DNA of 64,000 bases from Trichoplax sp. H2 (taxonomy: Eukaryota): positions 1 to 64,000 of the forward strand of contig NOWV01000103.1 of the NCBI GenBank assembly GCA_003344405.1. Reading direction: 5' to 3'. The position numbers were made by a program, and so were the translations under genes. Numbering within the stretch: position 1 is the stretch's first letter; each line of letters starts with the position of its first letter. Positions 1 through 12,318 of the stretch are shown here, one piece after another. The notes below the pieces were generated by a model that searched no databases, was not told the DNA's origin, and saw only the letters and a list, made by a program, of their open reading frames with translations.

Positions 1-404
1 ATCAATTTCAATTGAGCAATCCAGGCTACTACTGTACTACTAATAAGCTTTAGTATGGATAATGTTATTGGAGGATTAGGCTCAAAAGAGAGAGAAGACG
101 AATGAAAGTGGTTGAAAATTGCAAACGTCTGCAATTTCTTGCCGTTGCAAATGGCAAAGAATGATGTCATAGCTGGTCGCTATACAGTACAGTACTGTAC
201 AGTCACTGTGTACCGTGGAATGGTACCGCACTTGGTAGGATAATGCGTTTCATTTCAAGATACGGTACGGATTATTTTATTCCTAATATCACCATACTAT
301 ACACTAGTATATAGTACTGTATTTATTGCAATAATGGATTTATGAAATTTTAGTAATTATTGCTATTTTAGTGACAGGAATTTTCGTCAGGTAGCTTTTA
401 CTAC

Positions 405-870
405 TTGTTTTTACTATCCAGTACAGTAAAAATAAGTACTGTAGTTATATACTGTACAGTACTGCATAACATGAATTGGTTACAGTACTGTACAAAGTGT
501 CTCAGAAAGTCTGTCCGTACAGTAGTACAGTACACTAGTACACTTACTGTACTTAGTAAGTACAGTACACTGAGTACAGTACTGTACAGTCAATCGCGTT
601 ATACTGTACAGTGTACAGTACTTTACACCCGAGAACCTGGAATTTGTGGTTGGCATACAGTACTGTACACACTGTACTGTACAGTACAGTACACTGTACA
701 GTACAGTACAGTACAGTACTGTATTCAAACTTTTTCCACACGACTGTACTGTACACTGTACAGCAGTTCACTGTACTGTACAGTACAGTACAGCACTTCA
801 CCGTACTCAGTACTATGTACTGTACGTGATGGAGGCTGACTGTACTGTAGGACCTGCCCGCTTTTTATAC
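405..870. repeat. Low-complexity (ACAGT/ACTGT/GTAC)n microsatellite-like tract
   Basis: Dense runs of TACAG, TACTG and GTAC in both orientations. These produce the spurious Y/C/T/V/S-rich ORFs on both strands. Confidence 0.9.
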
Positions 871-1010
871 TGTAAAAAGAGAAAAGAGGACACCAAAAAG
901 GTTCATTGGCAAATGATGTGTGCAAGCCAAAACTTGCAAACGGTAATCAAAAGCAATTGACAAGTGATTGGCAAAGCTTTTCTTCACCTATTTCCTATGT
1001 GGAATACAAG

Positions 1011-4000
1011 ATGGCTACCCAAAGTGTTCGGTAAGTTCAAAATAATCAAAAAACCTATCTCGACGTTCAGTAAGTACAGTAAAGTGTTGTCATTGGAATA
1101 AGAATGCATTTGCACTGATCAAAATCAGCAAAATGTTCATGAATCCTGACCCATGTTCGGCAACCAATCGGTTGATGTTGTACAGTACTACAGGCATCCT
1201 TCACACTACTATCACACATGAGTACAGTACACTACAGTAAGTGTTAGCCAACTTTGCAAGAATTGAACTTTTCACTAAAAAAAGTGGTAGCCAACTTTGC
1301 AAGAATTGGAACTTTTCACTCCAAATTTGGCCTAGTCATTTTCGTGACTACACAGACCACACACAACAGTGTAGACCGTGTGATGGTGTCGGCCATGCTC
1401 ACAAGTTACCTGCATACTATTGCTTGACGTTACAATTACTGCAAGTACAGTACTGTACATTGACTACAGTATGGCAAACTTTGCAAGAATTGAAACTTTT
1501 CACTAAAAAAAGTGGTAGCCAACATTGCAAGAATTGGAACTTTTCACTCCAAATTTGGCCTAGTCATTTTCGTGACTACACAGAGCACACACAACAGTGT
1601 AGACCGTGTGATGGTGTCGGCCATGCTCACAAGTTACCTGCATACTATTGCTTGACGTTACAATTACTGCAAGTACAGTACTGTACATTGACTACAGTAT
1701 GGCAAACTTTGCAAGAATTGAAACTTTTCACTAAAAAAAGTGGTAGCCAACTTTGCAAGAATTGGAACTTTTCACTCCAAATTTGGCCTAGTCATTTTCG
1801 TGACTACACAGACCACACACAACAGTGTAGACCGTGTGATGGTGTCGGCCATGGCCAGCTCACAAGCTACCTGCATACTATTGCTTGACGTTACACTTAC
1901 TGCAAGTACAGTACAGTACATTGACTACAGTATGGCAAACTCCGTCAACGGTTGGCATGACCTATCATGGACGGTATGTACAGTACTATACACTGTACTG
2001 TACTGTACTGTACTCACAGGATTCAAGATCGGCCATCTAGACATCATCGAAAACATCTTCAATAACTAAATTCCTATCATGTATTGCACAAAGATTGTCA
2101 TTATACTACGTTGATCAAATTTACCAACAGTTGCTCTCTTGTGTATATACAGTATAGAGACATACTCTTTAACGTTTTGTTATTGTTTTAATGATAGGAC
2201 TAAACGTAAAAGTAAATGGGATCAACGTGCTCCCAATGTCAATGATAAAGCCAATTTAACCACAGAAAATAAGGCTGATGATAATCCACCTTCAACTGTA
2301 AATGAAGAGGATAAAGCCGCCGTAGCCAAAGCTGCTGCAGCAAGATTAAATGCTATCTTAGCTGCGAAAGGCAAGATTATCAAGAGTGAACCACCTACTG
2401 CTCTGGTTCGACTGACTACAGTATTCATTCTTCTTACTCTAGATGACAGTGTGCCATATTAAAGGAACAGGATAGGACAGTTTCATTCGTACTCTACATC
2501 ATGCTATTAAGACGTTCACAAACTAAAACATACATTATTGAACTACGTGTACTCCACCCTGACGATTTCTGTCTTGTAAAGTGTAGTAAGGAGAACGCGC
2601 TATCAGCTCATATTAATAAACCGATATCAGTATCAAACATTTACGATCGTTCTTCTACGCATAGCTACTAAAGTACAGTACAATAGCATCAATCAAGATA
2701 GTCTACGTAAATAGTGAATCGATCAGCCACTGTTCCATATTTTAAAGATGCATACTCTTACAATACAACTTGCTTCATAGACTCTCCTACAGGTATAAAC
2801 ATGTTATCAACCATTTCACTCATAATATTTAGGCTAAACCCACAACTACAAGTAGTGTGACGAATACAAGTACGAGTAGTACCTCCGATAACAATGGAAG
2901 CAATCAAGCTTCGAAATCATCTCAACCAGCAGTAATTACAGCCGAAATAGAAATTAATGACTTAATTAGCAGGTAACCCACACAAGATGTGAATTTATGA
3001 TTATGGTAATGCCGGCAGTATGCAATTATGCCTTAGATATACTGTATTTCTGTTTTTGTAGGACTATTCTATGTAAAGGCCTAACTCAGGATGATGTAAG
3101 TAATCAATGTGACAAATTTCTTTCGTAAAATAGTCAAGTCGATATAATCTCCACCATTCATGCCTTACTTTATATAGTATAGTCTAAGCAATGGAAGTTA
3201 ATGCATTCCATTTTATCAATTTTTTTACTATCAAAATTTTGTTCAACATTCAAATTCTATGCATTGTATATGCTATTTTACATAGATTAACAGACAGTCC
3301 GGTGCTGCCGTATCAACTAAAGGGCGTTACATCTCACCCAGTGAGAAACTAGGCATTGATTTAACAGTGTAAGGCTAATAATTTGACTTTTATTAATGAA
3401 TCTTAAATATTATCTGCTTGTTCTAACATTGCTCCTTCAATTACAGTAGTAACAATATTTATAGCGAATTTGTGTTTTATTCTTGCCATAAACAGAGATA
3501 GACCTTTATACCTACATATTCAAGCAGCGGCAAAGGAAAATATTCACAGTAAGCTTTTTTTAAAAGATTATTTCTTCATCGCGTTATCGCTGTAGGCAAA
3601 ATACTCTTATAGACGAAATAATTATCTTCTATTTTATATCTAGCTGCTGCTAGAATTATTTTAGCAAAGATTGCCAAAATTGATCCAGCAACTAAACCTG
3701 AAGTTAAATATACACCAGCAGATGCCGCTCCATCATCAACTGACGTCACTACTACAACAGTGCCTCTTCCAACAGGGGTAGCTAGCTTTCTTATTTTTTT
3801 GGTCAATAGAATTTTGACCTACGATACCGTACTGTGTCAAAGTAACATCGATCTTATACTTTGTTATTGTCTAGCTACATTATGTCCAGGATAAGGTCTT
3901 TGTGGGTCTAAATGACGCCCCTGCACAATTTAATTTGAAAGAAAAATTACAGGGTTCAAATGTAATAATTTAGATCTTTGCTAAATTATGACCATTATCG

Positions 4001-7000
4001 GAAGACTTCATATTCGATTAAACCAATGAATAAACTCCATATTGATATATTAAATCTAGGGTAGCTTCTTCCTGCACATAATAAAAGAAACAGGCGCAAA
4101 GGTAATAAAATTACTTATTAGTTCATTGTTGGGTCTAAGGGTTAAATAGACTAGCAACTGTCTCCTAATGTTGTTGTTGTTATTCTGTGTATAGTTTATA
4201 ATATAACAATCCTTAAGCTTCACTATTGGTATCCCAGTAGTTTGATGATATTTATGGATTTTGAACGGCTGTTGCGTTGATAGGTGCAGTTAAGAGGGAA
4301 GGGCTCTGGATACATCGAACCGACTTCCGGCAAGGAAGCCTTCGAACCGTTACACATTTATGTGAAGTATGTATAAGTGCTATTCTCGTATATAAAATAA
4401 CTATATTATGTCGTACCTGGCTTAATTCGTTCTTCAATGTACTATATGCATTTTTTTTTATATTTGTTCTTATGAACGTAGTCATGGAACATACGAAGGC
4501 CTCGAATCTGCAAAAAAGCTTTGTCAAAATCTAGTTGACACGGTAAATTAATTTACAAATTATGCACGTAGTATTGCATTCCATTGTATGCATACCATAC
4601 CGTACGTGATTATGTAGAGATAGCATAATTATAGCCTATTTATCATATGATAATTAATTTTAATATAGGTAAAGCAACAATATAAACAATTTGAAGAATC
4701 ACAAGCGAAGGCTCAAGTTCCCATAACATATCAGTCTCCTTATCCAACACCTAGTAAGAATTTTCTCGTTGGGACAATTTAATGTACTGATAATTAATTA
4801 AGCATTCTAATTTCACGATAAAAACAAAAAAACCTTAGGAGGGTAAAGAAGGTGGATAATTTCCTTCAAGAATTAATTATTCCATCGATACCACCCTCCA
4901 ATAATAGTAGCAGTTTGTTTTAGTTTACTGTCTGAGAGGCATGACTGCTTGAAATTACTACGGCTGCTAACATGTCCAATTAATAAAAATTGTAGCTTAA
5001 TTAACAATAAGGATACACACCTATGTACAGGTTACGAATTGATATTAACATTTTCTTTGAATTCTCCAAGATACAAATTATTTTGCATCTGGATATCCCC
5101 CACCTTCTCCGGTACTTTGAATATTATATAATTTTAGTTACGGTATATATCATTAGTATATATGGCATGTTATAAACCCAACAATGTGTTTTGTTCTGTA
5201 TTTTCCATGTGTATTAGGTACCTTATCAGAATATGTATGGGTATCCTATGTATGGGCAGCAACAAGTACCTCCTGCTCTTCCACCTCATATGGTAGGACA
5301 CTGTATCTGATGATGTGTAAATCATTTGTTTCTTATCTAGTACGTTTCATCAATTCATAGGTCTCACCTAATCCTTATGCCTCTCCATATGGACAATTCG
5401 GTAAGTTATGAAAATAATGCGCAATTAACATGATATATTTCGCAATAATTTGATTTTGGAATCTACTTTATGGCAAAAAAATATAGCAAATTATGGACAA
5501 TCAAATCAGTATCAAGGAAATATGTACAATAATTATTACGGTTATCCAATGGCTACTTCTACTCAAAACGAAATTCCTCAAGTGTCGCCATCAACCGTAA
5601 GTAGCCGTTCTTGTCCAATTGTCCGAGTTGGTATTCTCTTAAAAATGTTGCAACAAGTACTGTACTGTAACTTAATTGAATTATAATCTTGTATTCAAAT
5701 TTAGTAGATTAGAGAAATTTCTTTCTTTGATTTGTGATTACTGTATCATGTATTAAGTATAATATAAAAATGTAAAATGCTATTTTCATACTAGACCGTA
5801 AATCAAGAAGAGCCACCGGCGAAAAAATTAAAAAATGAAGAACCAAATAGGTAAATTTCGTTGGGTTGTGTAAATTACTCTTAAAAATTTGAAAAATTAA
5901 ATCAATCGATTTCCAATTACAATAGTAGTTCAATTGCGGAAGATTCCAGTGAACTCCCCCAAGATATCGAAAAAGTATGCTGTAATTAGATAGTGTAATA
6001 AATAAAATTGATTGGATTTCGAAGTTAAATGTATTAAATTTTCCTATCTGATTGTCCCAACTATTGTAGATGCCTAATCTACCTGATTATACCAATACTC
6101 TAAACGCAATAGGGAAGGTATAATATGACTAACGGCTTCTTAAATTTTCAGAAATTTCCCACAATCCGTTGCAGGGATATGGTGCCATTATATTATTGTA
6201 CTAACGCGAAATTTTTTTTGCTTTACTTTATTACTTGTTGGCTTTGTTTTTCGCCTATGTAATTGATAGGATGAGATTTCGCAGAAAGTAGGGAATAAAG
6301 CTATTGACGTGCCAGATCCATTTGGATTATTAGGAACTGGTAAATCTAATAGTAAACCAAAATCATCAAGACAAAATACTGAAACATCAGCAATGAAAGA
6401 TCGAGATTTAATGCCTCCGCCAGCATTTCTTCCTGTATCTAATCCAATAGGTAATGGTTTGTTTGAAAATAATTTCGCATTAGACAAATTTCATACATTC
6501 ATTGAAGTTTCTTTGCGATAAATTACCGGACGTGAAAAAGATGTAGCAATTTTGTATGGCAAAAGAGATAGTATAAGATGACAATTTAACAATGATATTT
6601 TAATTTCAACTGAAATTTTGCACCGTATTTTAGCAAGTCATTAATTTTTTTACAAATACTATTTCATATTCTTGGGAGTCTAAATGGTACATAGAATCCG
6701 TACAAGAACTATCTTGAAATTTTACGTATATTTTAATAGTTAAATTGATTTATCTGCTCGTGTTTTTATCTAATCCATGGTTTATTTTATTCTTTATGAC
6801 TTCTTTTCTTCCTTAATTTCATACAATTTTGGTGCCACGTGATGTCTCGCCCCCATCAACAAATACCAACTGGACTAACAATCATACGTAATTAATTTAC
6901 TAATGTCAAATTTGTTTTGTATTATTGGTGTTGTTTATTGAAATATAGCTCCTGGAAACACTAAAATCCAAGCCTCCAATGGTTTTAAATCTACCACTAA

Positions 7001-7160
7001 GCAGAAGAACTCAACAGGTGAAAGTAGTAAATCAGGGCTGTTGTCTTTAGCCTCTTACGGTTCAGATTCTGATGAAGAATCTTCCGACAGTGCAAGCGCA
7101 CCAGATGGTAATCGCTTGCCATTTTGGGCTGCACATGATTATAAAAAGGCAACCGAATAG
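1011..7160 (+). CDS. KHDC4: KH domain-containing protein 4 (BLOM7/KIAA0907), multi-exon
   Basis: Exon 1 1011-1030 (MATQSV-CG|gtaagt) splices in phase to 2198 ([10 protein letters not shown]...[14 protein letters not shown]). Later exons give [79 protein letters not shown] and terminal LPFWA...TAG at 7158-7160. All match recalled KHDC4 motifs. Confidence 0.95.
1247..1941. repeat. 228-bp tandem repeat, about 3 near-identical copies, in KHDC4 intron 1
   Basis: CCAAATTTGG recurs at 1321, 1549 and 1777 (period 228). Each unit carries the subrepeat ACTTTGCAAGAATTG(G/A)AACTTTTCACT twice, with minor variants. Confidence 0.95.
4835..4975 (+). ncRNA. SCARNA4: Box H/ACA scaRNA, SCARNA4 (ACA26)-like, guide for U2 snRNA pseudouridylation; in KHDC4 intron 4754-5070
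   Basis: Hairpin 1 GGAGGGT(4838)...ACCCTCC(4899). H box ATAATA 4901-4906. Hairpin 2 TAGCAG...CTGCTA with a TGAG (CAB-like) loop at 4933-4936. ACA at 4970-4972. Pocket AAGAA (4846-50)/GATAC (4887-91, 14 nt from the H box) is complementary to U2 GUAUC-UG-UUCUU. TACTAC (4956-61, 14 nt from ACA) is complementary to U2 GUAGUA. Confidence 0.85.
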
Positions 7161-7757
7161 TGTAAAGCAGTTGATTTTTAGATTGTCTTATAGTATATTT
7201 ACGTTAGCCTTCATCATAGTCATTCATTTCTAATATTCGTTACTGTATTGTATAGCAGGTAGTAAATAATGTCGTAATGTATCATAAATTTCGTGACTTG
7301 ACATTGCTATAAATTAACTACTTTTTCATCAACATAATAGAAAATAAATATCATTTAGTATTTGTAATTTGAGCGATTGCTTTTCTTCCAACCTGGAAGA
7401 TTGACTGATTGATAAACAAATACATATGTGATGAATGCATTGAGAGAGACATGAATATGTTATGCGAATATATCATTTAATCAAGTAATTTTGCTACATC
7501 ATTATCGTAATATAAAATATTTCGAATAAAGAATTTACGTATTTGACAGATTATGCTGTTTTGTTTATTACATTGTGTAAATTTAATAATAAGCCTAATT
7601 TTGGCCTATAAAAATATACATAGTGAAAAATAAACTCTAAAATCAGAAACTTGAATTTATAATGTCATGATTCAGGCATTTAATATACAATATAGTACAC
7701 AAACTATGAATCTATAATATAAAATATTATGTTCTATTCTATAAACTTTTTACGGAA

Positions 7758-10700
7758 TCATGAAGTTGTTGATGACAGCATCTTAGCAACTGTATCGTTC
7801 TTCTTTTCTGTCTCGGTCAAGTGATTCTTTCATTATAAATCGAATTCATTTCATGTAAGCATTGTGGTCGAAGTGAAGTTATGAAAAATTGAAATAGGAA
7901 TTATATTTTTGAAGAAATACTTTTCAAAATTTGTAATCTACCGAAAGTAGGCGAATGCCTGTTAATAAGTGATAAGACTTACCCGCCAGAGAATAACTTG
8001 GTTATCCACCCCACATGATACAAAAGAAAATTCATGACAATTGAGGAGTTTCTATCATTTAGATTGAAGCAAAGTTAATAAAACTGTTGTAAGCTGGTTT
8101 ACTTGGCAACTATCATAAAGAGTAATATCAAGTTTTCCCAACTTCTATTCCCCCGGCATGAACGGTACAATCTCCAATTAAGACGGGTGGTCCGTAGCAG
8201 GTTTTAGGACCGAGGAGACTAAAGATGATTTAATAGAAGTAAGAAATGTTTATTTTTTCGAAATATACCATGTACTATGTTATTAACAGTCCTACTACTG
8301 TCAAGGTAGTACCTGCTGCCTAAAAACTTTCTTACGCCAGTAAATTTCTTAATGGTATCATCTTTAATATCTAATCAAGGAATATATTAATCATTTAAAC
8401 CAATTTTATGAGTACCAGTGTAATACTTGTCCAACAAGAATCCTCAACTTTAGACCTACTAGCAAGTTACTATATTCAACCCAAACTAATATACCAAATC
8501 TCACCAATTGCGCACGACCATAATCTTACAGACCCGTCTTGTGAACTTGTTACTAAATACCCTCTAAAATATGGGGAAATAATTGATTTGTTTAGGGATA
8601 CAAATAGTTAAAATACGTACAAATAGAGTACGTATAGTCTTCAATAAAATAATATGCCGAAAATCAAGTTCAAAGTTTTCTTTTTAACGAGGGATAAATC
8701 GATTTCAAATTAATGTCACACGTTATACTTACAGTGTTGATAGAAAAGCGAGACTAGTTACTTTCAAAGGATGAGCATTTACCACACCCGTCAGGGTAGT
8801 CCCTAATTTGATAGTAGCAATACGCGTATCATCATTTTATATCATGGAATTACATCGTATATTAATCAACTAGTAACCTCGCCCAGTATGAAACAAAAAA
8901 AAGCCATTTCCAACTGCAGCAAAAAGAAATTCCTATAATATAGGTATGAAGGAAATTTCAATTCGTTCGAATTAAAATTATCAGTATGGAGGTTACAATA
9001 TATCTTTATCGACTTGATTCATTACATTCTCTAAGCTTAGTAATTCCTGGACACTGTATGGGAAATCATGAAATTGGCTATCTTCTCGTTTATAGGTTTC
9101 ATGATTATTCAAGATACAGGTAACTTCAAAATTATCGGCTGATTCTGGTATAGACCAAATAACAACTGAGCCATCCAAGGAAGCGGAAGCAAAGCAAGTA
9201 TCTGATGAAATAATGTAGATGATAGCCAAGATAGGGGTACGAATAGTTTACTTAGAACCAGTAAAAATTTATAATAGCAATAACTTTAGAATTAAAATGA
9301 ACCTTAGCTTACGATCTGCCTAATTTACCTGATATCTTTAGAAGGTGTCGAATATGTTCGGGATGTGAGGTTTTAAGAGCATATCTGTGGCGTAGGATAA
9401 CTCGACAATTATTTCCATCAATAAATTGTATTTGGAAAATTTCTATTCGTTTAAATCAAAAATTAGAGGCATTATGGTTATCATAAAATATTTTCTAGTG
9501 CAAAATGTGAAGTGATTGTAATTAATCTTTATATTTGCCGAAAGAATGACTACACAAGTGTAATATATTTGGGCACATGACTTACGTAACTCATTGTCGT
9601 CAGAAGCAGCGATCAAGAATTCTCTTCTCACAATTAACAGACTATGAATATCAGCTAAGGTTAATAAGAAAACAGAAGTGTTCTGTTAACACTTTTATCA
9701 TATTGGGAGTCAGTAACGGACAAGATAGAAGCAGAATTAGGCTTACAATGTAGATTGCTTGTCATATCCATGTCATGTATTGAAAAGCCATGGTAGGTAA
9801 ATACATTAAGTCCACCGCCGGCAGCACATACGACGTTTTGGTCTTGAATGTTAATAAAAACCTTGAGTAAAAAGTACATCAAAATGAGATATTATTACAT
9901 AATTATATGTACGATTTTATAGGCCATACGCGTATACTACAATTAAATCGATTTCATGACCACTCACTTTAATAGAGCCTATTAAGGATTCAACATGTGT
10001 CATTAAACGTCCTTTTTCCAATGACCAGAACTGATATCAGCAGGGAATAATACATTTTTCTAGCTCAAGAAAATCTCTATTTTTACATAGTAATTTTCAT
10101 TTTTTTTCGTAGGCAACATCTAGTATTAACTGTATACCCATATTGACTGTTATAACAATCATCTATTCTAGTTAGGTTAATAATAAGTAATCTGTTACTG
10201 CATAAAAGAGTGGAAATAAGGCTACCATTATACTATATCGCTTAATTAAAGCATGAAATATCACAAAATTGAAATGCATGCAGTATAATAATTGTTATAA
10301 TCAGATAAAGTTGTGTGCATATAATATACACAGTTAGAAAAAAAGTATAATAAACGTGGGTTCTACTAGTATTCATTGATCGAACGAGCTCACCATTTTA
10401 GGGTATCTAATACAAAGACACTCGTATATATATATATTAGGTAGGATACACAAACTGATTTATCGGACGATCCCGTAATTAACACCTTGCTTTCGTCCAC
10501 CACAATCATACTTGTTATAGGTCTAGTATGCTGCTTTAAGTGATGTAGTAAGATGCCATCCTATAATATGATTATCGAATTATGTCAAAAAAAATGATTT
10601 GTGAACCATAGCCGACTAGCATTAGAATAATTTGATCTTATTTCACGATCATTTCATTGCTTTAGCTAAAAACAGTGGGTACAATCGGAGTATAGTTAAT

Positions 10701-12318
10701 CATCTATGAAACTCTGAACTGCAATTGATGTAATCGCTACACTCTCATAGCAATGAGCATAACAGTCAGCTGCATAAGATAAAATTAATAATCTCTAAAT
10801 TACTTTCATTATAGCTACAACTAACCTCGATATCCCAGATGATAACCGTACCATCATCGCTACCGGTTACGATCCTAGTTCAAAGATCAAAACAGATATC
10901 ATTAGCTGTAACGATATCTAAATTTATTCGCTAAGATGCTGATATATCACGGTGTATTATGTTACAAGTAAATATAGAATATGAAAGATAGATGATCAGA
11001 TTGCTAAATATTAATATTTATTGTTGATAGCCTATTTCTCATGGAACTTTCCAGTTTAAATGGCAAAATGTGAATAGAATTGTATTATAACTGTATAACA
11101 CCAGAATAAAATTGTAAAAGTAGCAATATAATTTATTCTAATATGAATAATACAGTATATGCGGATGTACGGTAGTATGCAATTCACTACAATACGCGTA
11201 CAGTATGTTGTCTTAGATGTTTACTATTATTACGATTTGACAAATTATTTTACTATGCACGAGAAACATGAACGCTAAAGGACAAACAACTGGGATAGTA
11301 CTAAGTGGCATACCTAATACTAACCGATGACCATCACTACAAACTATAACAGAAGTATTTAGAAGGTATTTTAGTAGTTGATGTTGTAACAGAGAAATTT
11401 ATAGATTGGAAATGAATGAATCTATCCTGTTGATTTGAGGTTACAGTGTTGCCATGATTAGCGATATGAATTTACTTGTAAAATTCTATTTAACATTATT
11501 AGTACCTATCATTTCCAACACAAAGCAAGAGTCTAACAATGTCTGTATGCTTGTTTAATAGTTGTATCTCTCTGTAATCATTGAATGGCTGCTCATTATC
11601 CAGCTCAGGAACCTCGCCATCATGCTACACATCAAGAAGAAAAAAACAAGGGAAAATATTTAGTTAATATCTACATGAAATAAAAATTAGCAACGCAACT
11701 GTGTCCGTTACAAGTCACGCTTTACTAGACAGGAATTGATGTCCTATCGACGTCATGTATTCAAGACTACATTAATTAAGTCTGTAGGGTTCAAAATCAA
11801 TATGCCATTAATCATCATCATTCTTCAATATCAATTCGATAACTACGAAAGCAAAGATAATTAATAGTTAGTCAAGATTATCTCATTCTATTTATCTGAA
11901 TCTGAACACTCTTTCCATCCATGAAGCAGGTCTACTGTAGATCAGACCTTAGCTATTCAAATTTATTGTACAGTATCAAAAGCAAGCAATTGGATGCCTG
12001 AAATTGATTGAACTGAATACAATTGCTGGTAGTCCTATGATCGATATTGATCGTTCAAGTCTTATCGATGCAGCTAAGCTTAATAATCTCCATCAATATT
12101 AACTGACGAATACTGACGAATCATTATTAATCTGCTTCATCATTCAACGTCAACAAACGTGGCTACCGTAACGATAACTAGTAGCATTTTATTTAAGAGT
12201 GGAGATTTAACGACATACAGAAGAGAACATTGATAACATTTTCCAATCGAACGAATTACATCCTTACTATTGCAGGTTTATCCGGTCCAGTGAGTAGTTT
12301 CCACAAATTTCGGAACAT
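7758..12318 (-). CDS. WDR41: WD repeat protein 41 (C9orf72-SMCR8 complex subunit), multi-exon
   Basis: Exon 1 12318-12268 MFRNLWKLLTGPDKPAI. Then NEQPFNDYREIQLLNKHTDIVRLL, IVTGSDDGTVIIWD, LITGSSDKSVCFW, EFLFAAVGNGF, LVTSSQDGSVRLW and FVSCGVDNQVILWR. Last exon 7826-7758 is less certain. Motif order matches recalled human WDR41. Confidence 0.88.

Noticed and set aside
1-170. Minus-strand frame from ATG at 170 running off the window edge (MTSFFAICNGKK...)
   Set aside because: Only 56 codons, no recognisable motif, and truncated by the window. It could be a divergent gene start but cannot be supported.
405-960. Overlapping 66-144 aa ORFs rich in Y/C/T/V/S
   Set aside because: Artefacts of the stop-poor TACAG/TACTG tract.
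1241-1888. 215-aa Cys/His repeat ORF
   Set aside because: Non-ATG start, lies within KHDC4 intron 1, and is explained by an in-frame 228-bp repeat.
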